DNA of 41,499 nt from an uncultured Anaerolineales bacterium (GTDB lineage: Bacteria; Chloroflexota; Anaerolineae; B4-G1; DUEL01), in NCBI GenBank assembly GCA_964580565.1, contig CAZOLN010000003.1, forward strand, positions 1 to 41,499, given 5' to 3'. Below, piece by piece: positions 32,432 to 41,499 of this stretch (the stretch's first letter is position 1; every line of letters begins with the position of its first letter). The notes beneath the pieces are model-generated. The model had not been told where the DNA came from, searched no databases, and saw only the letters and a list, made by a program, of their open reading frames with translations. A program made the translations under genes and the position numbers.

Positions 32432-32459
32432 ATTATATCACGGGTGTCAAAGTTTTCAA
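32432..32459 (-). promoter_or_regulatory. Sigma70-type promoter (extended -10) for the minus-strand TPR/HTH-ttuBA-yhhQ-era unit
   Basis: Minus strand reads TTGAAA, 16 nt, (TGA)TATAAT. Confidence 0.6.
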
Positions 32460-32482
32460 CGACACTTCTTGACTTTCTCGCA

Positions 32483-32511
32483 TTGACGGTTCGGACAAAC
32501 GGCGGTAGAAT
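32483..32511 (+). promoter_or_regulatory. Sigma70-type promoter for pdxS-pdxT
   Basis: TTGACG, 17 nt, TAGAAT. About 90-nt GC-rich leader with CCGACA/UGUCGG and GGUGG/CCACC pairings before AAGGAGGGA ATG. Confidence 0.6.
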
Positions 32512-32609
32512 TAGTTTGGTGGAAAAGCGGCTTTGTCCCAATCACCCCGGCCACCGACAGCAGGTTGGGTGGCGGGTCCGTTTGTCGGGTGCTTTAAGGA
32601 GGGAATAAC

Positions 32610-33497
32610 ATGAAAAGGGAGATCGGTACGGAAAAGGTCAAGCGCGGATTGGCGCAGATGCTGAAGGGCGGCGTGATCATGGACGTGACCAACGCCGAGC
32701 AGGCACGTATCGCCGAGGAGGCGGGAGCCGTCGCCGTGATGGCCCTGGAGCGGGTCCCGGCGGACATCCGTGCCCAGGGGGGCGTGGCCCGGATGGCCGA
32801 TCCGGAGAAGATCCTGGAGATCATGGAGGCGGTCTCCATCCCGGTGATGGCCAAGTGCCGCATCGGTCACTTCGTCGAGGCCCAGATCCTGGAGGCGCTG
32901 GGGGTGGATTTCATCGACGAGAGCGAGGTCCTCACCCCCGCCGACGAGGAACACCACATCGACAAGCGGAAGTTCAAGGCCCCCTTCGTCTGCGGCTGCC
33001 GCAACCTGGGCGAAGCGCTGCGGCGGATCGGCGAGGGGGCGGCGATGATCCGCACCAAGGGGGAGGCGGGCACCGGCAACGTGGTCGAGGCGGTGCGGCA
33101 CGCCCGGGCCGTCTTGGGGGAGATCCGGCGGCTGACGACGATGGCGCCGGAGGAGTTGATGGCCTACGCCAAAGAGATCGGCGCGCCCTACGAGTTGGTC
33201 GTCGAGACGGCCCGGCTGGGCCGGCTGCCGGTGGTCAACTTCGCCGCCGGGGGGATCGCCACGCCCGCCGACGCGGCGCTGATGATGCAGTTGGGGATGG
33301 ACGGCGTGTTCGTCGGCAGCGGCATCTTCAAGAGCGGCGACCCGGTCAAGCGGGCGCGGGCCATCGTCCAGGCGGTCACCCACTACGACAACCCGGAGAT
33401 CCTGGCCGAGGTCAGCCGCAACCTGGGCGAGCCGATGGTCGGCATCGACATCAGCACGCTGCCCGAGGGAGAACGGCTGGCGGTGCGGGGGTGGTAG
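32610..33497 (+). CDS. pdxS: Pyridoxal 5'-phosphate synthase, lyase subunit PdxS
   Basis: [42 protein letters not shown]...GEAGTGN...[19 protein letters not shown], near-invariant PdxS blocks. Confidence 0.97.
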   Translation: MKREIGTEKVKRGLAQMLKGGVIMDVTNAEQARIAEEAGAVAVMALERVPADIRAQGGVARMADPEKILEIMEAVSIPVMAKCRIGHFVEAQILEALGVDFIDESEVLTPADEEHHIDKRKFKAPFVCGCRNLGEALRRIGEGAAMIRTKGEAGTGNVVEAVRHARAVLGEIRRLTTMAPEELMAYAKEIGAPYELVVETARLGRLPVVNFAAGGIATPADAALMMQLGMDGVFVGSGIFKSGDPVKRARAIVQAVTHYDNPEILAEVSRNLGEPMVGIDISTLPEGERLAVRGW

Positions 33498-33500
33498 CGG

Positions 33501-34082
33501 ATGAAGATCGGCGTCCTGGCCGTACAGGGGGCCTTCATCGAGCACGAGCAGATGCTGCAACGGATCGGCGCGGAGCCGGTGGAGGTCCGGCTGCCGGCCC
33601 ATCTTGAGGGAATCGGCGGCCTGATCATCCCCGGCGGGGAGTCCACCACCATCGGACGGATGATCGAAAAGTGGGGTCTGCTGGAGCCGATCCAAGCCCT
33701 GGCCCGGTCCGGCCTTCCCGTCTGGGGGACCTGCGCCGGGATGATCCTGATGGCGAAGGAGGTGGTGGACGGCGTGCCGGGCCAGCCACTGCTGGGCCTG
33801 ATGGACGTGACGGTCCGCCGCAACGCCTTCGGCCGCCAGGTCGATAGTTTCGAGACCGATCTGGAGGTGCCCGCGCTGGGCGATCCGCCCTTCCGGGCCG
33901 TCTTCATCCGCGCGCCGCTCATCGAGCGGGTTGGCGAGGGGGTGGAAGTTCTGGCCCGGCTGGAGGACGGGACGGTGGTAGCGGTGCGGCAGGGGAACCT
34001 GCTGGCCACCTCCTTCCATCCGGAGTTGACGGAGGACGAGCGGTTCCATCGATACTTTGTCGGTCTTTGCGGTGAGAAATAA
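33501..34082 (+). CDS. pdxT: Pyridoxal 5'-phosphate synthase, glutaminase subunit PdxT
   Basis: [15 protein letters not shown]...[11 protein letters not shown]...[12 protein letters not shown]...ATSFHPELT. Confidence 0.95.
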   Translation: MKIGVLAVQGAFIEHEQMLQRIGAEPVEVRLPAHLEGIGGLIIPGGESTTIGRMIEKWGLLEPIQALARSGLPVWGTCAGMILMAKEVVDGVPGQPLLGLMDVTVRRNAFGRQVDSFETDLEVPALGDPPFRAVFIRAPLIERVGEGVEVLARLEDGTVVAVRQGNLLATSFHPELTEDERFHRYFVGLCGEK

Positions 34083-34088
34083 CCGCTG

Positions 34089-34337
34089 ATGAGAGTGACA
34101 TACGATCCGCGATACAACATCGCCTACATCCGCTTCCGCGAGAAACGGGAGCCGGTGGAAGCCGTTAAGGTAAGCGAGGAGATGATCGTGGACATTGCTC
34201 CCGACGGTACGATTTACGGAATCGAACTCCTGAACGCGAATGAGCAACTGAGGCACGAGGGAAACGTGCTCCTCTTCATCAACGAGGCAACGGGGGAACG
34301 AGTTGAATGGCCGCTGACCACGGTGTTGTCTGAGTAG
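34089..34337 (+). CDS. DUF2283-family small protein
   Basis: MRVTYDPRYNIAYIRF...VDIAPDGTIYGIELLNANEQL matches the DUF2283 pattern. Confidence 0.65.
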   Translation: MRVTYDPRYNIAYIRFREKREPVEAVKVSEEMIVDIAPDGTIYGIELLNANEQLRHEGNVLLFINEATGERVEWPLTTVLSE

Positions 34338-34367
34338 TCAGGAGGGACGGAGGTTTGAGTTCGTAAG

Positions 34368-35978
34368 ATGAGTATGGAAAGCGAGAAGGAAGCGGGGAAG
34401 AGAACGGATTCCGGTTACTACAACCACATCACCGATGACCTGGACGCTTTGCTATCCGTCCTGCCGGAGGACATCCGCGACGCGCTGCAGCGCATCGGCC
34501 GGCGGGACGATCTTTTGGAGGTGATCCTGGACCTGGGTCGCGTCCCCACCGCCCGTTTCACCGACGGGGAGGTGGTGCTGCGCGATACCGAGGTCACGCG
34601 GGAGGAGATCCAACACGTGGTGGACCGGGTGGGGGAGTTCGATGCCGACAACCGGGCCGGCATCGCCCGCACCCTCCACCGCATCGCCGCCATCCGCAAC
34701 CGTCGCGGCGACATCGTCGGCCTCACCTGCCGCGTGGGCCGCGCCGTCTACGGCACCATCGCCATCATCCAGGACATCATCGAGAGCGGCAAGAGCATCC
34801 TCCTCGTCGGGCGGCCCGGCGTGGGCAAGACGACGATGCTCCGGGAGGCGGCCCGGGTCCTGGCGGAGAAGAAGCGGGTCATCATCGTCGACACCTCCAA
34901 CGAGATCGGCGGCGACGGGGACATCCCCCACCCCGCCGTCGGCCGCGCCCGCCGGATGCAGGTGGAGATGCCGTCCCTCCAGCACGAGGTGATGATCGAG
35001 GCGGTGGAGAACCACAACCCAGAGGTGATCATCATCGACGAGATCGGCCGGGAACTGGAGGCGATGGCGGCGCGGACCATCGCCGAGCGGGGCGTCCAAC
35101 TGATCGCCACCGCCCACGGCAACACGCTGGACAACCTCCTCCTGAACCCCACCCTGTCCGACCTGGTGGGCGGCATCGAGAGCGTGACCCTCTCCGACGA
35201 GGAGGCCCGCCGGAGGGGGACCCAGAAGACCATCCTGGAGCGGCGCGCGCCGCCCACGTTCGACGTGCTGATCGAGATCCAGGACCGGCAGCGGCTCCTG
35301 ATCCACCACAACGTCGCCGAGGCGGTCGACAGCCTCCTGCGGGGCCGTCCCATCCGGGCGGAACTGCGGTATCGGGATGGGAAGGGTGAGATCCACTCGG
35401 AGTGGGTGACCCCCCTCTCCATCGAGGAGCGGGAGGCCGGGCGGGCGGAGCGGGCAGGGCGCCCCCCGTCCCGACCGGAACCGGCCGCGGTGGAGTCCGC
35501 CGGCATCGACGTGACCACGCCGGTGCGGATCTTCCCCTACGGCATCGCCCGCAACCGGCTCACCCGCGCCGCCCGGCACATGCAGGTGCCGGTCTATCTG
35601 GTGGACGATCTGGGCGAGGCGGAGGTGATGATCACCACCAAGGGGTTCTACCGGAAGCGGCCCAACCTGGTGGTGGACGCCGAACGGCGCGGGCTCCCCA
35701 TCTACGTCCTGCGGGCCAACACGGTGGCCCAGATGGAGGCCTGCCTGCGGGACCTGTTCGACCTGGACACCGCCGCGTCCGACCCGCTGCGGCAAGCCCT
35801 GCAGGAGACCCGGGAGGCGATCCGGCAGGTGCAGGCCGGTGTACCGGAGGTGGAACTCTCCCCCCAGAACGCCTACATCCGCCGCCGCCAGCATGAGATG
35901 GCCCGCGCGGCCAACCTTTCCTCCTACTCCGTGGGGAAGGGAGCCAACCGAAGAGTGCGTATCTACCGGGAGGAATGA
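34368..35978 (+). CDS. R3H-domain AAA ATPase (ycf45 / SpoIIIAA-like)
   Basis: Walker A LLVGRPGVGKTT, Walker B VIIIDEIG, ATAHG, C-terminal R3H-like YIRRRQHEMA...RRVRIY. Confidence 0.85.
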   Translation: MSMESEKEAGKRTDSGYYNHITDDLDALLSVLPEDIRDALQRIGRRDDLLEVILDLGRVPTARFTDGEVVLRDTEVTREEIQHVVDRVGEFDADNRAGIARTLHRIAAIRNRRGDIVGLTCRVGRAVYGTIAIIQDIIESGKSILLVGRPGVGKTTMLREAARVLAEKKRVIIVDTSNEIGGDGDIPHPAVGRARRMQVEMPSLQHEVMIEAVENHNPEVIIIDEIGRELEAMAARTIAERGVQLIATAHGNTLDNLLLNPTLSDLVGGIESVTLSDEEARRRGTQKTILERRAPPTFDVLIEIQDRQRLLIHHNVAEAVDSLLRGRPIRAELRYRDGKGEIHSEWVTPLSIEEREAGRAERAGRPPSRPEPAAVESAGIDVTTPVRIFPYGIARNRLTRAARHMQVPVYLVDDLGEAEVMITTKGFYRKRPNLVVDAERRGLPIYVLRANTVAQMEACLRDLFDLDTAASDPLRQALQETREAIRQVQAGVPEVELSPQNAYIRRRQHEMARAANLSSYSVGKGANRRVRIYREE

Positions 35979-35985
35979 CCCCCTC

Positions 35986-36609
35986 GTGTTGATCACGTTC
36001 GAGGGCCCTGAGGGCAGCGGAAAGACGACCCAGGCCCGGCTCCTGGCGGAGCACCTGCGCGGGCTGGGGTACGAGGTGATCCTTACCCGAGAACCCGGGG
36101 GAACGCCGGTCGGGGACCAGATCCGGCAGATCCTTCACGACCCGGCCAACGCTGGGATGTATGCCTGGACCGAGGTCTTCCTCTACACCGCCTCCCGTGC
36201 CCAACTGGTAGCCGAGGTGATCCGGCCGGCGCTGGCGACCGGGAAACTGGTCGTCTGCGACCGGTTCTACGACAGCACCCTGGCCTATCAGGGGTACGGC
36301 CGCGGGCTGGACCTGGAGGTCCTCTGGCAGATCACCCGCATCGCCACCGGCGGGCTCGTCCCCGACCTGACCCTCTACCTGGACATCCAGCCCGACGAGG
36401 GGCTGACGCGACGGCTGCTGGGCGGCGGGGAGTGGAACCGGCTGGACCAGGAAACCCTGGCCTTCCATCGCCGAGTGCGGGCCGGTTACTTGGAACTGGC
36501 CGGGATGGAGCCGGAGCGGTGGGTCGTGATCGACGGCGCCCGGCCTATTCCCGAAGTACGGCGAGAGATACAGGCTGTCGTGGAGTCGAGGTTGGATGGA
36601 GGCGACTAG
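35986..36609 (+). CDS. tmk: Thymidylate kinase
   Basis: LITFEGPEGSGKTTQARLL...REPGGTPVG...CDRFYDSTLAYQGYGRG. In-frame GTG 35986 lies just after the upstream stop, and the track start 35839 overlaps the ATPase gene. Confidence 0.9.
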   Translation: MLITFEGPEGSGKTTQARLLAEHLRGLGYEVILTREPGGTPVGDQIRQILHDPANAGMYAWTEVFLYTASRAQLVAEVIRPALATGKLVVCDRFYDSTLAYQGYGRGLDLEVLWQITRIATGGLVPDLTLYLDIQPDEGLTRRLLGGGEWNRLDQETLAFHRRVRAGYLELAGMEPERWVVIDGARPIPEVRREIQAVVESRLDGGD

Positions 36610-36613
36610 TCCT

Positions 36614-36655
36614 CAGTTGCCGGTTGCTCGTTGCCCGTTGCTGGTTGCCGGTTGG
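36614..36655. repeat. Heptamer tandem array x6, NNGTTGC (plus strand), between convergent genes
   Basis: cagttgc cggttgc tcgttgc ccgttgc tggttgc cggttgg. Confidence 0.85.
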
Positions 36656-36667
36656 CGGCCGAGGCGG

Positions 36668-37081
36668 TCATTCCTCCAGGTCGCTGCCGAGATCGCCGCC
36701 GAGGTCCTCGCCGCCCTCACCGAGCAGATCCGGCATCTCTTTCTCGATCTCCTCTGGGCTCTGCCCGGCCTCCAGCCGATCCACCACTTCCTCGAACTCC
36801 GGCCCCAGATCCTCCCCCACCTCGTCGGCCATTCGGCGCATCAGCCGGGCCATCGAGCGGGGGTCGTTCTCATCGAAATCGGACAGGAACGAGGGATCGG
36901 CCAGATCCTCCAGGCGGCTCTCCTCGGAGCGGACCACCCGCACGCGGGAGACCAGCCGGGTAAGGTGCGTGGACCCGCAGCGCGGGCAGACCGGCTCCCC
37001 TGTCTCCGCCTCCGAGAAGGTGCGCCAGAAGATGGCGACTTTGCGGCGACAGTCGTGGCACCGGTACTCGTAGATCGGCAT
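36668..37081 (-). CDS. FmdB-family zinc-ribbon protein with acidic C-terminal tail
   Basis: MPIYEYRCHDCRRK...CPRCGS. AGGAGGTG SD 5 nt before ATG 37081. Confidence 0.8.
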   Translation of the reverse strand: MPIYEYRCHDCRRKVAIFWRTFSEAETGEPVCPRCGSTHLTRLVSRVRVVRSEESRLEDLADPSFLSDFDENDPRSMARLMRRMADEVGEDLGPEFEEVVDRLEAGQSPEEIEKEMPDLLGEGGEDLGGDLGSDLEE

Positions 37082-37109
37082 ACGCACCTCCTACGAGAAG
37101 TGGCTACCC

Positions 37110-37138
37110 ATTATACTGCGAGATACGATGGGGTGCAA
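37110..37138 (-). promoter_or_regulatory. Sigma70-type promoter for the FmdB-family gene
   Basis: Minus strand reads TTGCAC, 17 nt, TATAAT. A plus-strand TATACT at 37112-37117 overlaps it and could serve gmk. Confidence 0.55.
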
Positions 37139-37140
37139 CC

Positions 37141-37752
37141 TTGAGTGAATACTTCGTCCCCCAGTGGTATCCTCTGCTCGTCGTGATCTCCGGCCCGGCG
37201 GGCGTGGGAAAGGACTCGCTGGTACGGCGGATGAAGGAAGAGGGATACCCCTTCCACTTCGTCGTCACCGCCACCGACCGGCCGCCCCGACCCGGCGAGG
37301 TCCACGGCGTCGATTACTTTTTCCTCCCCACCGAGGAGTTCCTGCGGATGGAGCAGGAAGGGGAACTGCTGGAGCACGCTATCGTCTACGGACAGCACAA
37401 GGGCATCCCGAAGCAGCAGGTGCGGGAGGCGATGGCGGCGGGCAAGGACGTGGTGATGCGGGTGGACGTCCAGGGGGCCGCCACCATCCGCAAAATCGCG
37501 CCCGAGGCGGTGCTCATTTTCCTGACCGCTTCGATGGAAGAACTGGAGGCCCGCCTCCGCCGCCGCGGAACCGACCCTCCAGAGCAGGTCGCACTGCGCC
37601 TCAGCAAGGTCAGGGAGGAGATGGCACAGATCGACATGTTCGACTACGTGGTGGTGAACCGGGAGGGGGAACTGGATCGGGCGGTCCGCCAGGTGGTAGC
37701 GATCATCGAGGCGGAGCATTGCCGGGTGCACCCACGGATTGTGCGACTGTAG
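37141..37752 (+). CDS. gmk: Guanylate kinase
   Basis: LLVVISGPAGVGKDSL...TDRPPRPGEVHGVDYFF...YGQHKG. TTG start codon. Confidence 0.9.
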   Translation: MSEYFVPQWYPLLVVISGPAGVGKDSLVRRMKEEGYPFHFVVTATDRPPRPGEVHGVDYFFLPTEEFLRMEQEGELLEHAIVYGQHKGIPKQQVREAMAAGKDVVMRVDVQGAATIRKIAPEAVLIFLTASMEELEARLRRRGTDPPEQVALRLSKVREEMAQIDMFDYVVVNREGELDRAVRQVVAIIEAEHCRVHPRIVRL

Positions 37753-37766
37753 AAACAGGGGACAGG

Positions 37767-38495
37767 ATGCGAGAAGCAGGAGAGCGGCTGGTCCGCGTGC
37801 CCATCCCTCACGTCCCGCCGTTCTGGACCTACGTGATCCTCGCCCTCAACATCTTTGCGTTCGCCGCCAGCCTCTTGGTGGGCCAAGAGTTGGCCTTCGC
37901 TCTGGGGGCAAAGATCAACCAGGCCATCATCGCCGGTCAGTTCTGGCGCCTGGGCACCGCGTTGTTCCTCCACGCCAACCTGCTCCACCTGGGGTTCAAC
38001 GGTTACGCCCTCTGGATCTTCGGCCCTCAGGTCGAAGGCCCCTACGGACGGCTTCGTTTCCTGTTGATCTACTTCCTCAGCGGGCTGGCCGCCAGCGCCA
38101 TCAGTTTCCTGTTCACCCCTGCCGTCTCGATCGGCGCCTCTGGGGCGATCTTCGGGCTGATCGGTGCGAGCGGGGCCTATCTCTACCGCTACCGCGACCG
38201 CCTCTTGATGGGACGGAATCGGCTGGCCAACCTCATCGGGATCGTAGCCTACAACGTCCTCTACGGCTTCGTCTCGCCTTGGGTGGATAACGCCGCCCAC
38301 ATCGGCGGGCTGCTGGCCGGCCTGGCTCTGGGCTGGTTCCTGGCACCCCGCTACGAGGTCTCCTTCACCGATCCGACACGGCCGCTGCGGGTGGTGGACC
38401 AGGTCTCCCTTCGCCAATGGCTGCTTGGCATCCTCCTGGTGAGCCTCGGGATCGGGCTGGCCCTCGTGGGCGGGTTCGTTCGATGGGGAGGTTGA
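37767..38495 (+). CDS. Rhomboid-family intramembrane serine protease
   Basis: FWRLGTALFLHANLLHLGFN, catalytic GASGAIFGL, AAHIGGLLAG. Start trimmed to in-frame ATG 37767. Confidence 0.85.
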   Translation: MREAGERLVRVPIPHVPPFWTYVILALNIFAFAASLLVGQELAFALGAKINQAIIAGQFWRLGTALFLHANLLHLGFNGYALWIFGPQVEGPYGRLRFLLIYFLSGLAASAISFLFTPAVSIGASGAIFGLIGASGAYLYRYRDRLLMGRNRLANLIGIVAYNVLYGFVSPWVDNAAHIGGLLAGLALGWFLAPRYEVSFTDPTRPLRVVDQVSLRQWLLGILLVSLGIGLALVGGFVRWGG

Positions 38496-38514
38496 GGACA
38501 GGAGAAAGGATGAG

Positions 38515-39915
38515 ATGACACATTCGGTGTGGGGTATTCTCCTCCGCATTGCAGGCGTGTTCTTCCTGATCGGCGTCAATGCCTTCTTCGTGATGATCGA
38601 GTTCGCCGTCGTCGCTGCGCGGCGCACGCGGGTGGACCAACTGGTCCAGGAGGACGGGAACCGCGCCCGGATCGTCCAGCGGTGGGTCGCCTCCCAGGAG
38701 CACAAGGACGCGCTGATCGCCGCCGCCCAACTGGGCATCACCATCGCCAGCCTGGCCCTGGGCTACTTGGGCGAGGAGACCTTCCAGTCGATCGTCGAGG
38801 CCCTGCTCCACGGCGTGTCGGTCCCGCCCTCCCTGGAATCGGTGATCGCGGCCCTTCCCCTCGTCATCTCCCTCACCGTCGTCACCGGGCTGCACGTCGT
38901 GTTGGGGGAGCAAGTGCCGAAGGTGGCCGTCCTCCGCGCGCCGGAGCGGATGGCCCTCCTCGCCGCCCCCTGGATGGCCATCTTCCAGAAGGTCTTCCAC
39001 CCCTTCGTCTGGCTGCTGGACCGGACGGCGGCGGGCGTCCTAAGCCTTCTGGGAATGGAGCCGGTGGGCCACCACTCCACCCTCTACAGCCTGGAGGAAC
39101 TGCGCCAGATCGTCCGCGAGAGCGAGGAGCAGGGCGTGCTGGCCGCCCAGGAAGAGGACATGCTCCAGGCGATCTTCCGGCTGCGGACCATCCGGGCCTC
39201 TCAGGTGATGGTGCCCCGAACGGAGATGGTCTGCGTGCCCGCCGACGCGACGCTGCGGGAGGTGGCCGAACTGGCCGCCCGCACCGCGCTGACCAAGTTC
39301 CCCGTCTTCGAGGGCGACCTGGACCACATCGTCGGCGTGGTGCACCTGAAGGACCTGGTCGGGCAGATGCCCGAGGGGGACACCGGCGCGCCGGTTCGCT
39401 CGCTGATGCGGGAGGCCCTCTTCCTGCCGGAGACGATCCCGGTCGTGGACCTTCTGACCGCCTTCCGGCGCGCCCGCCAGCACATCGCCATCCTGGTGGA
39501 CGAGTACGGCGGGACGGCCGGACTGGTCACGCTGGAGGATCTCTTAGAGGAGATCGTCGGCGAGGTGCAGGACGCTTTCGACCGAACCGCCCCCGCCATC
39601 CAGCGGATGCCCGACGGGACCGTCCTGGTCGACGGGCTGGTCCAGATCGAAGAGGTAAACGAGGCCCTCGACCTCTCGCTCCAGGATCCTTACTACACCA
39701 CGGTCGGCGGGCTGGTGATGGGGCGGTTGGACCGGGTGCCCCAGGTGGGGGACGAGGTCGTCATCGGCGACCAGGGCATCCGACTGCGGGTGGAGGAGAT
39801 GGACGGACTGCGGGTCGCGCGGGTGCGGATCATCCCCGTCAAAGACGCAGGCCCCGCCGTCCCACAGAAGAAGATCGACCTGGCGCTGGAGAACGATGCT
39901 GCAGGTTCACGTTGA
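38515..39915 (+). CDS. HlyC/CorC-family transporter (DUF21 + CBS pair + CorC_HlyC)
   Basis: N-terminal DUF21 helices [21 protein letters not shown] region [11 protein letters not shown]...[27 protein letters not shown], CorC C-terminal domain. Confidence 0.9.
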   Translation: MTHSVWGILLRIAGVFFLIGVNAFFVMIEFAVVAARRTRVDQLVQEDGNRARIVQRWVASQEHKDALIAAAQLGITIASLALGYLGEETFQSIVEALLHGVSVPPSLESVIAALPLVISLTVVTGLHVVLGEQVPKVAVLRAPERMALLAAPWMAIFQKVFHPFVWLLDRTAAGVLSLLGMEPVGHHSTLYSLEELRQIVRESEEQGVLAAQEEDMLQAIFRLRTIRASQVMVPRTEMVCVPADATLREVAELAARTALTKFPVFEGDLDHIVGVVHLKDLVGQMPEGDTGAPVRSLMREALFLPETIPVVDLLTAFRRARQHIAILVDEYGGTAGLVTLEDLLEEIVGEVQDAFDRTAPAIQRMPDGTVLVDGLVQIEEVNEALDLSLQDPYYTTVGGLVMGRLDRVPQVGDEVVIGDQGIRLRVEEMDGLRVARVRIIPVKDAGPAVPQKKIDLALENDAAGSR

Positions 39916-40102
39916 CGACGTCGTTCAGATGCGCAAACCGCACCCCTGCGGGAGCCTGGAGTGGGTGGTGACCCGCGTGGGAGCAGACATCGGCATCCGC
40001 TGTCTGGGGTGCGGGCGGAGGGTGATGCTCCCCCGATCCCGGTTCGAGAAACGGGTCAAACGGATCATCGGTCGATTGGACCCCACGCAGCAGGATGGAT
40101 GA
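39896..40102 (+). CDS. DUF951-family small protein
   Basis: [46 protein letters not shown] matches the DUF951 pattern. Overlaps both neighbouring genes. Confidence 0.65.
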   Translation: MLQVHVDDVVQMRKPHPCGSLEWVVTRVGADIGIRCLGCGRRVMLPRSRFEKRVKRIIGRLDPTQQDG

Positions 40103-41282
40103 GCCCCCCCGCCGTTTCCTACTCCTCTACTCGGCGACCGGGGGTGGACACCTTCAGGCGGCCCGCGCGGTGGCGGAGGGTCTGCGGGACCGGTTCGGAG
40201 AGCGGGCGCGGGTCGAACTGGTCGACGCACTGACCGAGTACGCCCCCTGGCCGATCTCCCGCGCACCGGATTGGTACGGGGCTGCGCTGCGGGACGGCGG
40301 CTATCTCTACGGGCTGGGGTTCCGCCTCTTCGACGGCCGCCGCCGGGCGCGCGCCCTCTCCACCCTCTTCCGGCCGTGGGCCCTCCCCGCCGCGCACCGG
40401 CTCCTGGCGGACCACCCCGCCGACGTAGTGGTCGTTTTCCACCCCGTGCCGGTCCACACCCTCGCTCGCGCGCTGGGCCGTCTCCGATCGCCCCTCCCCC
40501 TCGTCGCCGTCGGCATCGACCTTGTGGCAATGCACGCCTTCTGGGCCGATCCCACCGTCTTCCACTACCTGGTGGCGACGGACGCGGCGCGGGAGCAGTT
40601 GCTCCGCCACGGGATCGACCCGCGCCGGGTGCGCGTGGTAGGCTTGCCCGTGGGCCGGCGGTTCTACGAGGTCCGAAGGCACGACCCCCGGACGCTTCGC
40701 CAACGGCTGGGGCTGGACCCCGAGGTGCCGGTGGTGGTGGCGATGGCCGGAGGGGTGGGGTTCGCCCCGTTGGCCCGGGTGGCGCGGGCATTGGTGGGTG
40801 CGAGGTTGCCCGCTCAGACCGTCGTTATCACCGGACGCAACCGGCGGTTGTACGAGCGGCTCCGCCCCCTCGCCGCAGACGGACGATTGCGGGTGGAGGG
40901 GCTCGTGGAGAACGTACACGAGTGGATGCGCGCGGCGGATCTGCTGGTGACCAAAGCGGGACCGGCCACCCTCGCCGAAGCGCTGGCGGTGGGGGTCCCA
41001 CCGGTGATCTGGGGGGCGATCCCGGCCCAGGAGACCCCCAACGTGCGGCTGCTGGTCGGGGCGGGTGCGGGCGTCTGGGCACCGGGGCCCCGCCGGACGG
41101 TGGAGGTGGTCCGCCGCCTCCTGCACGATCCCGAGGCGCGGGATCGGATGCGGGAGCGGGCCCGCCGACTGGTCCGCCCGGACGCGGCCGAGAGGATCGC
41201 CGAAGCGCTGTGGAGAATCGCCGGGGGTGGGACCCTCCCGCAGGTTAGGGAACCTGCGGGAGGGTGGCCAACGGGCGGGTAG
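40095..41282 (+). CDS. GT28-family glycolipid synthase (MGDG synthase / UgtP-like)
   Basis: [24 protein letters not shown]-terminus, and [24 protein letters not shown]...QETPNV C-terminal motif. Confidence 0.8.
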   Translation: MDEPPRRFLLLYSATGGGHLQAARAVAEGLRDRFGERARVELVDALTEYAPWPISRAPDWYGAALRDGGYLYGLGFRLFDGRRRARALSTLFRPWALPAAHRLLADHPADVVVVFHPVPVHTLARALGRLRSPLPLVAVGIDLVAMHAFWADPTVFHYLVATDAAREQLLRHGIDPRRVRVVGLPVGRRFYEVRRHDPRTLRQRLGLDPEVPVVVAMAGGVGFAPLARVARALVGARLPAQTVVITGRNRRLYERLRPLAADGRLRVEGLVENVHEWMRAADLLVTKAGPATLAEALAVGVPPVIWGAIPAQETPNVRLLVGAGAGVWAPGPRRTVEVVRRLLHDPEARDRMRERARRLVRPDAAERIAEALWRIAGGGTLPQVREPAGGWPTGG

Positions 41283-41299
41283 CCCGTGCTGCGTCATAC

Positions 41300-41327
41300 T
41301 TGACATCTCCCTGCGGTGTGCTAATAT
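41300..41327 (+). promoter_or_regulatory. Strong sigma70-type promoter with extended -10
   Basis: TTGACA (41300-41305), 16 nt, TGcTAATAT (-10 at 41322-41327). Lies 18 nt after the GT28 stop. Confidence 0.6.
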
Positions 41328-41344
41328 TTGCCTTGGAGGTAGGT

Positions 41345-41419
41345 ATGATGTCCGCCGCTTGGCTTCTCATCGACGATAACGACAATCCGAGCGCCCTCCA
41401 GGGGCGGCCAGCGGCGTGA
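41345..41419 (+). CDS. Candidate 24-codon small ORF (MMSAAWLLIDDNDNPSALQGRPAA) inside an orphan promoter-terminator unit; may instead be non-coding
   Basis: GGAGG at 41335-41339 lies 5 nt before ATG 41345, with the stop TGA at 41417-41419. There is no homology evidence. See the corresponding finding. Confidence 0.2.
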   Translation: MMSAAWLLIDDNDNPSALQGRPAA

Positions 41420-41445
41420 CGTCTATCGCCTACGCGTGTGCTCTA

Positions 41446-41481
41446 GAGCCGCCCCATCGGTGGGCGGCTCGTTTCTTTATT
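41446..41481 (+). terminator. Intrinsic terminator
   Basis: GAGCCGCCC(CA)-TCGG-(T)GGGCGGCTC, a 9-bp GC stem, followed by GTTTCTTTATT. Confidence 0.7.
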
Positions 41482-41484
41482 CAC

Positions 41485-41499
41485 CACGGAGGCACAGAG
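41485..41499. repeat. Left arm of another copy of the same palindromic element, cut by the window edge
   Basis: CACGGAGGCACAGAG matches 30416-30431 (CACGGAGGCCACAGAG) and 26845-26855 (GAGGCACAGAG). Confidence 0.6.

Noticed and set aside
34089-34337. DUF2283 gene as the antitoxin half of a toxin-antitoxin pair
   Set aside because: No partner (DUF4258 or another toxin-like small ORF) is adjacent. The gene sits inside the pdxST/R3H-ATPase/tmk string with normal spacing.
32511-35996. Long minus-strand ORFs (32511-34256, 34452-35996) opposite pdxS/pdxT and the R3H ATPase
   Set aside because: These are antisense shadows of unambiguous plus-strand genes. Their translations have low complexity.

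Overview
GC-rich bacterial chromosome segment (roughly two-thirds G+C by eye, not computed), densely coding. I found no rRNA, tRNA, CRISPR array, transposase or integrase. Gene content (pdxST, a ycf45-type R3H ATPase, an MGDG-synthase-like GT28) loosely suggests a Chloroflexota-like thermophile, but that is only inference. Positions 1-24848 form one long minus-strand, translationally coupled glycan cluster of about 19 genes. It starts with an OmpR-type response regulator and continues with a Wzz/BY-kinase-like protein fused to an excisionase-type HTH. Then come Wzm/Wzt, a phosphodiesterase, several GT4 and GT2 glycosyltransferases, a GNAT, an AsnB-like amidoligase lacking its catalytic Cys, and a GHMP kinase. 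The cluster ends with an LbH acetyltransferase, an SGNH protein, a 1473-aa FG-GAP/Ig-like surface protein and a Wzy_C (O-antigen-ligase-like) membrane protein. Positions 24994-32375 (minus) hold a second, separately transcribed orphan response regulator, a Tat-motif hypothetical, era, a secreted metallophosphoesterase, an AIM24-family protein, yhhQ, a TtuA/TtuB-like tRNA thiolation pair and a TPR/HTH protein. Positions 32483-41282 are mostly plus-strand housekeeping genes (pdxS, pdxT, R3H ATPase, tmk, gmk, rhomboid, CorC/HlyC, DUF951, GT28). The least expected signal is non-coding. Short tandem arrays sit exactly at gene junctions. Heptamers place a stop codon in all three frames of the gene strand, and T-free purine-rich octamers look like amplified Shine-Dalgarno sequences. 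There is also a family of CACGGAGGCACAGAG palindromic elements. Other leads are the degenerate-kinase-HTH fusion with two orphan regulators, a shared C-terminal LPLV-R motif on two secreted proteins, and an orphan promoter-to-terminator unit at the right edge. The ORF track renders GTG/TTG first codons as M, and many of its ORFs are over-extended at the 5' end. I trimmed starts using SD motifs and neighbouring stop codons.
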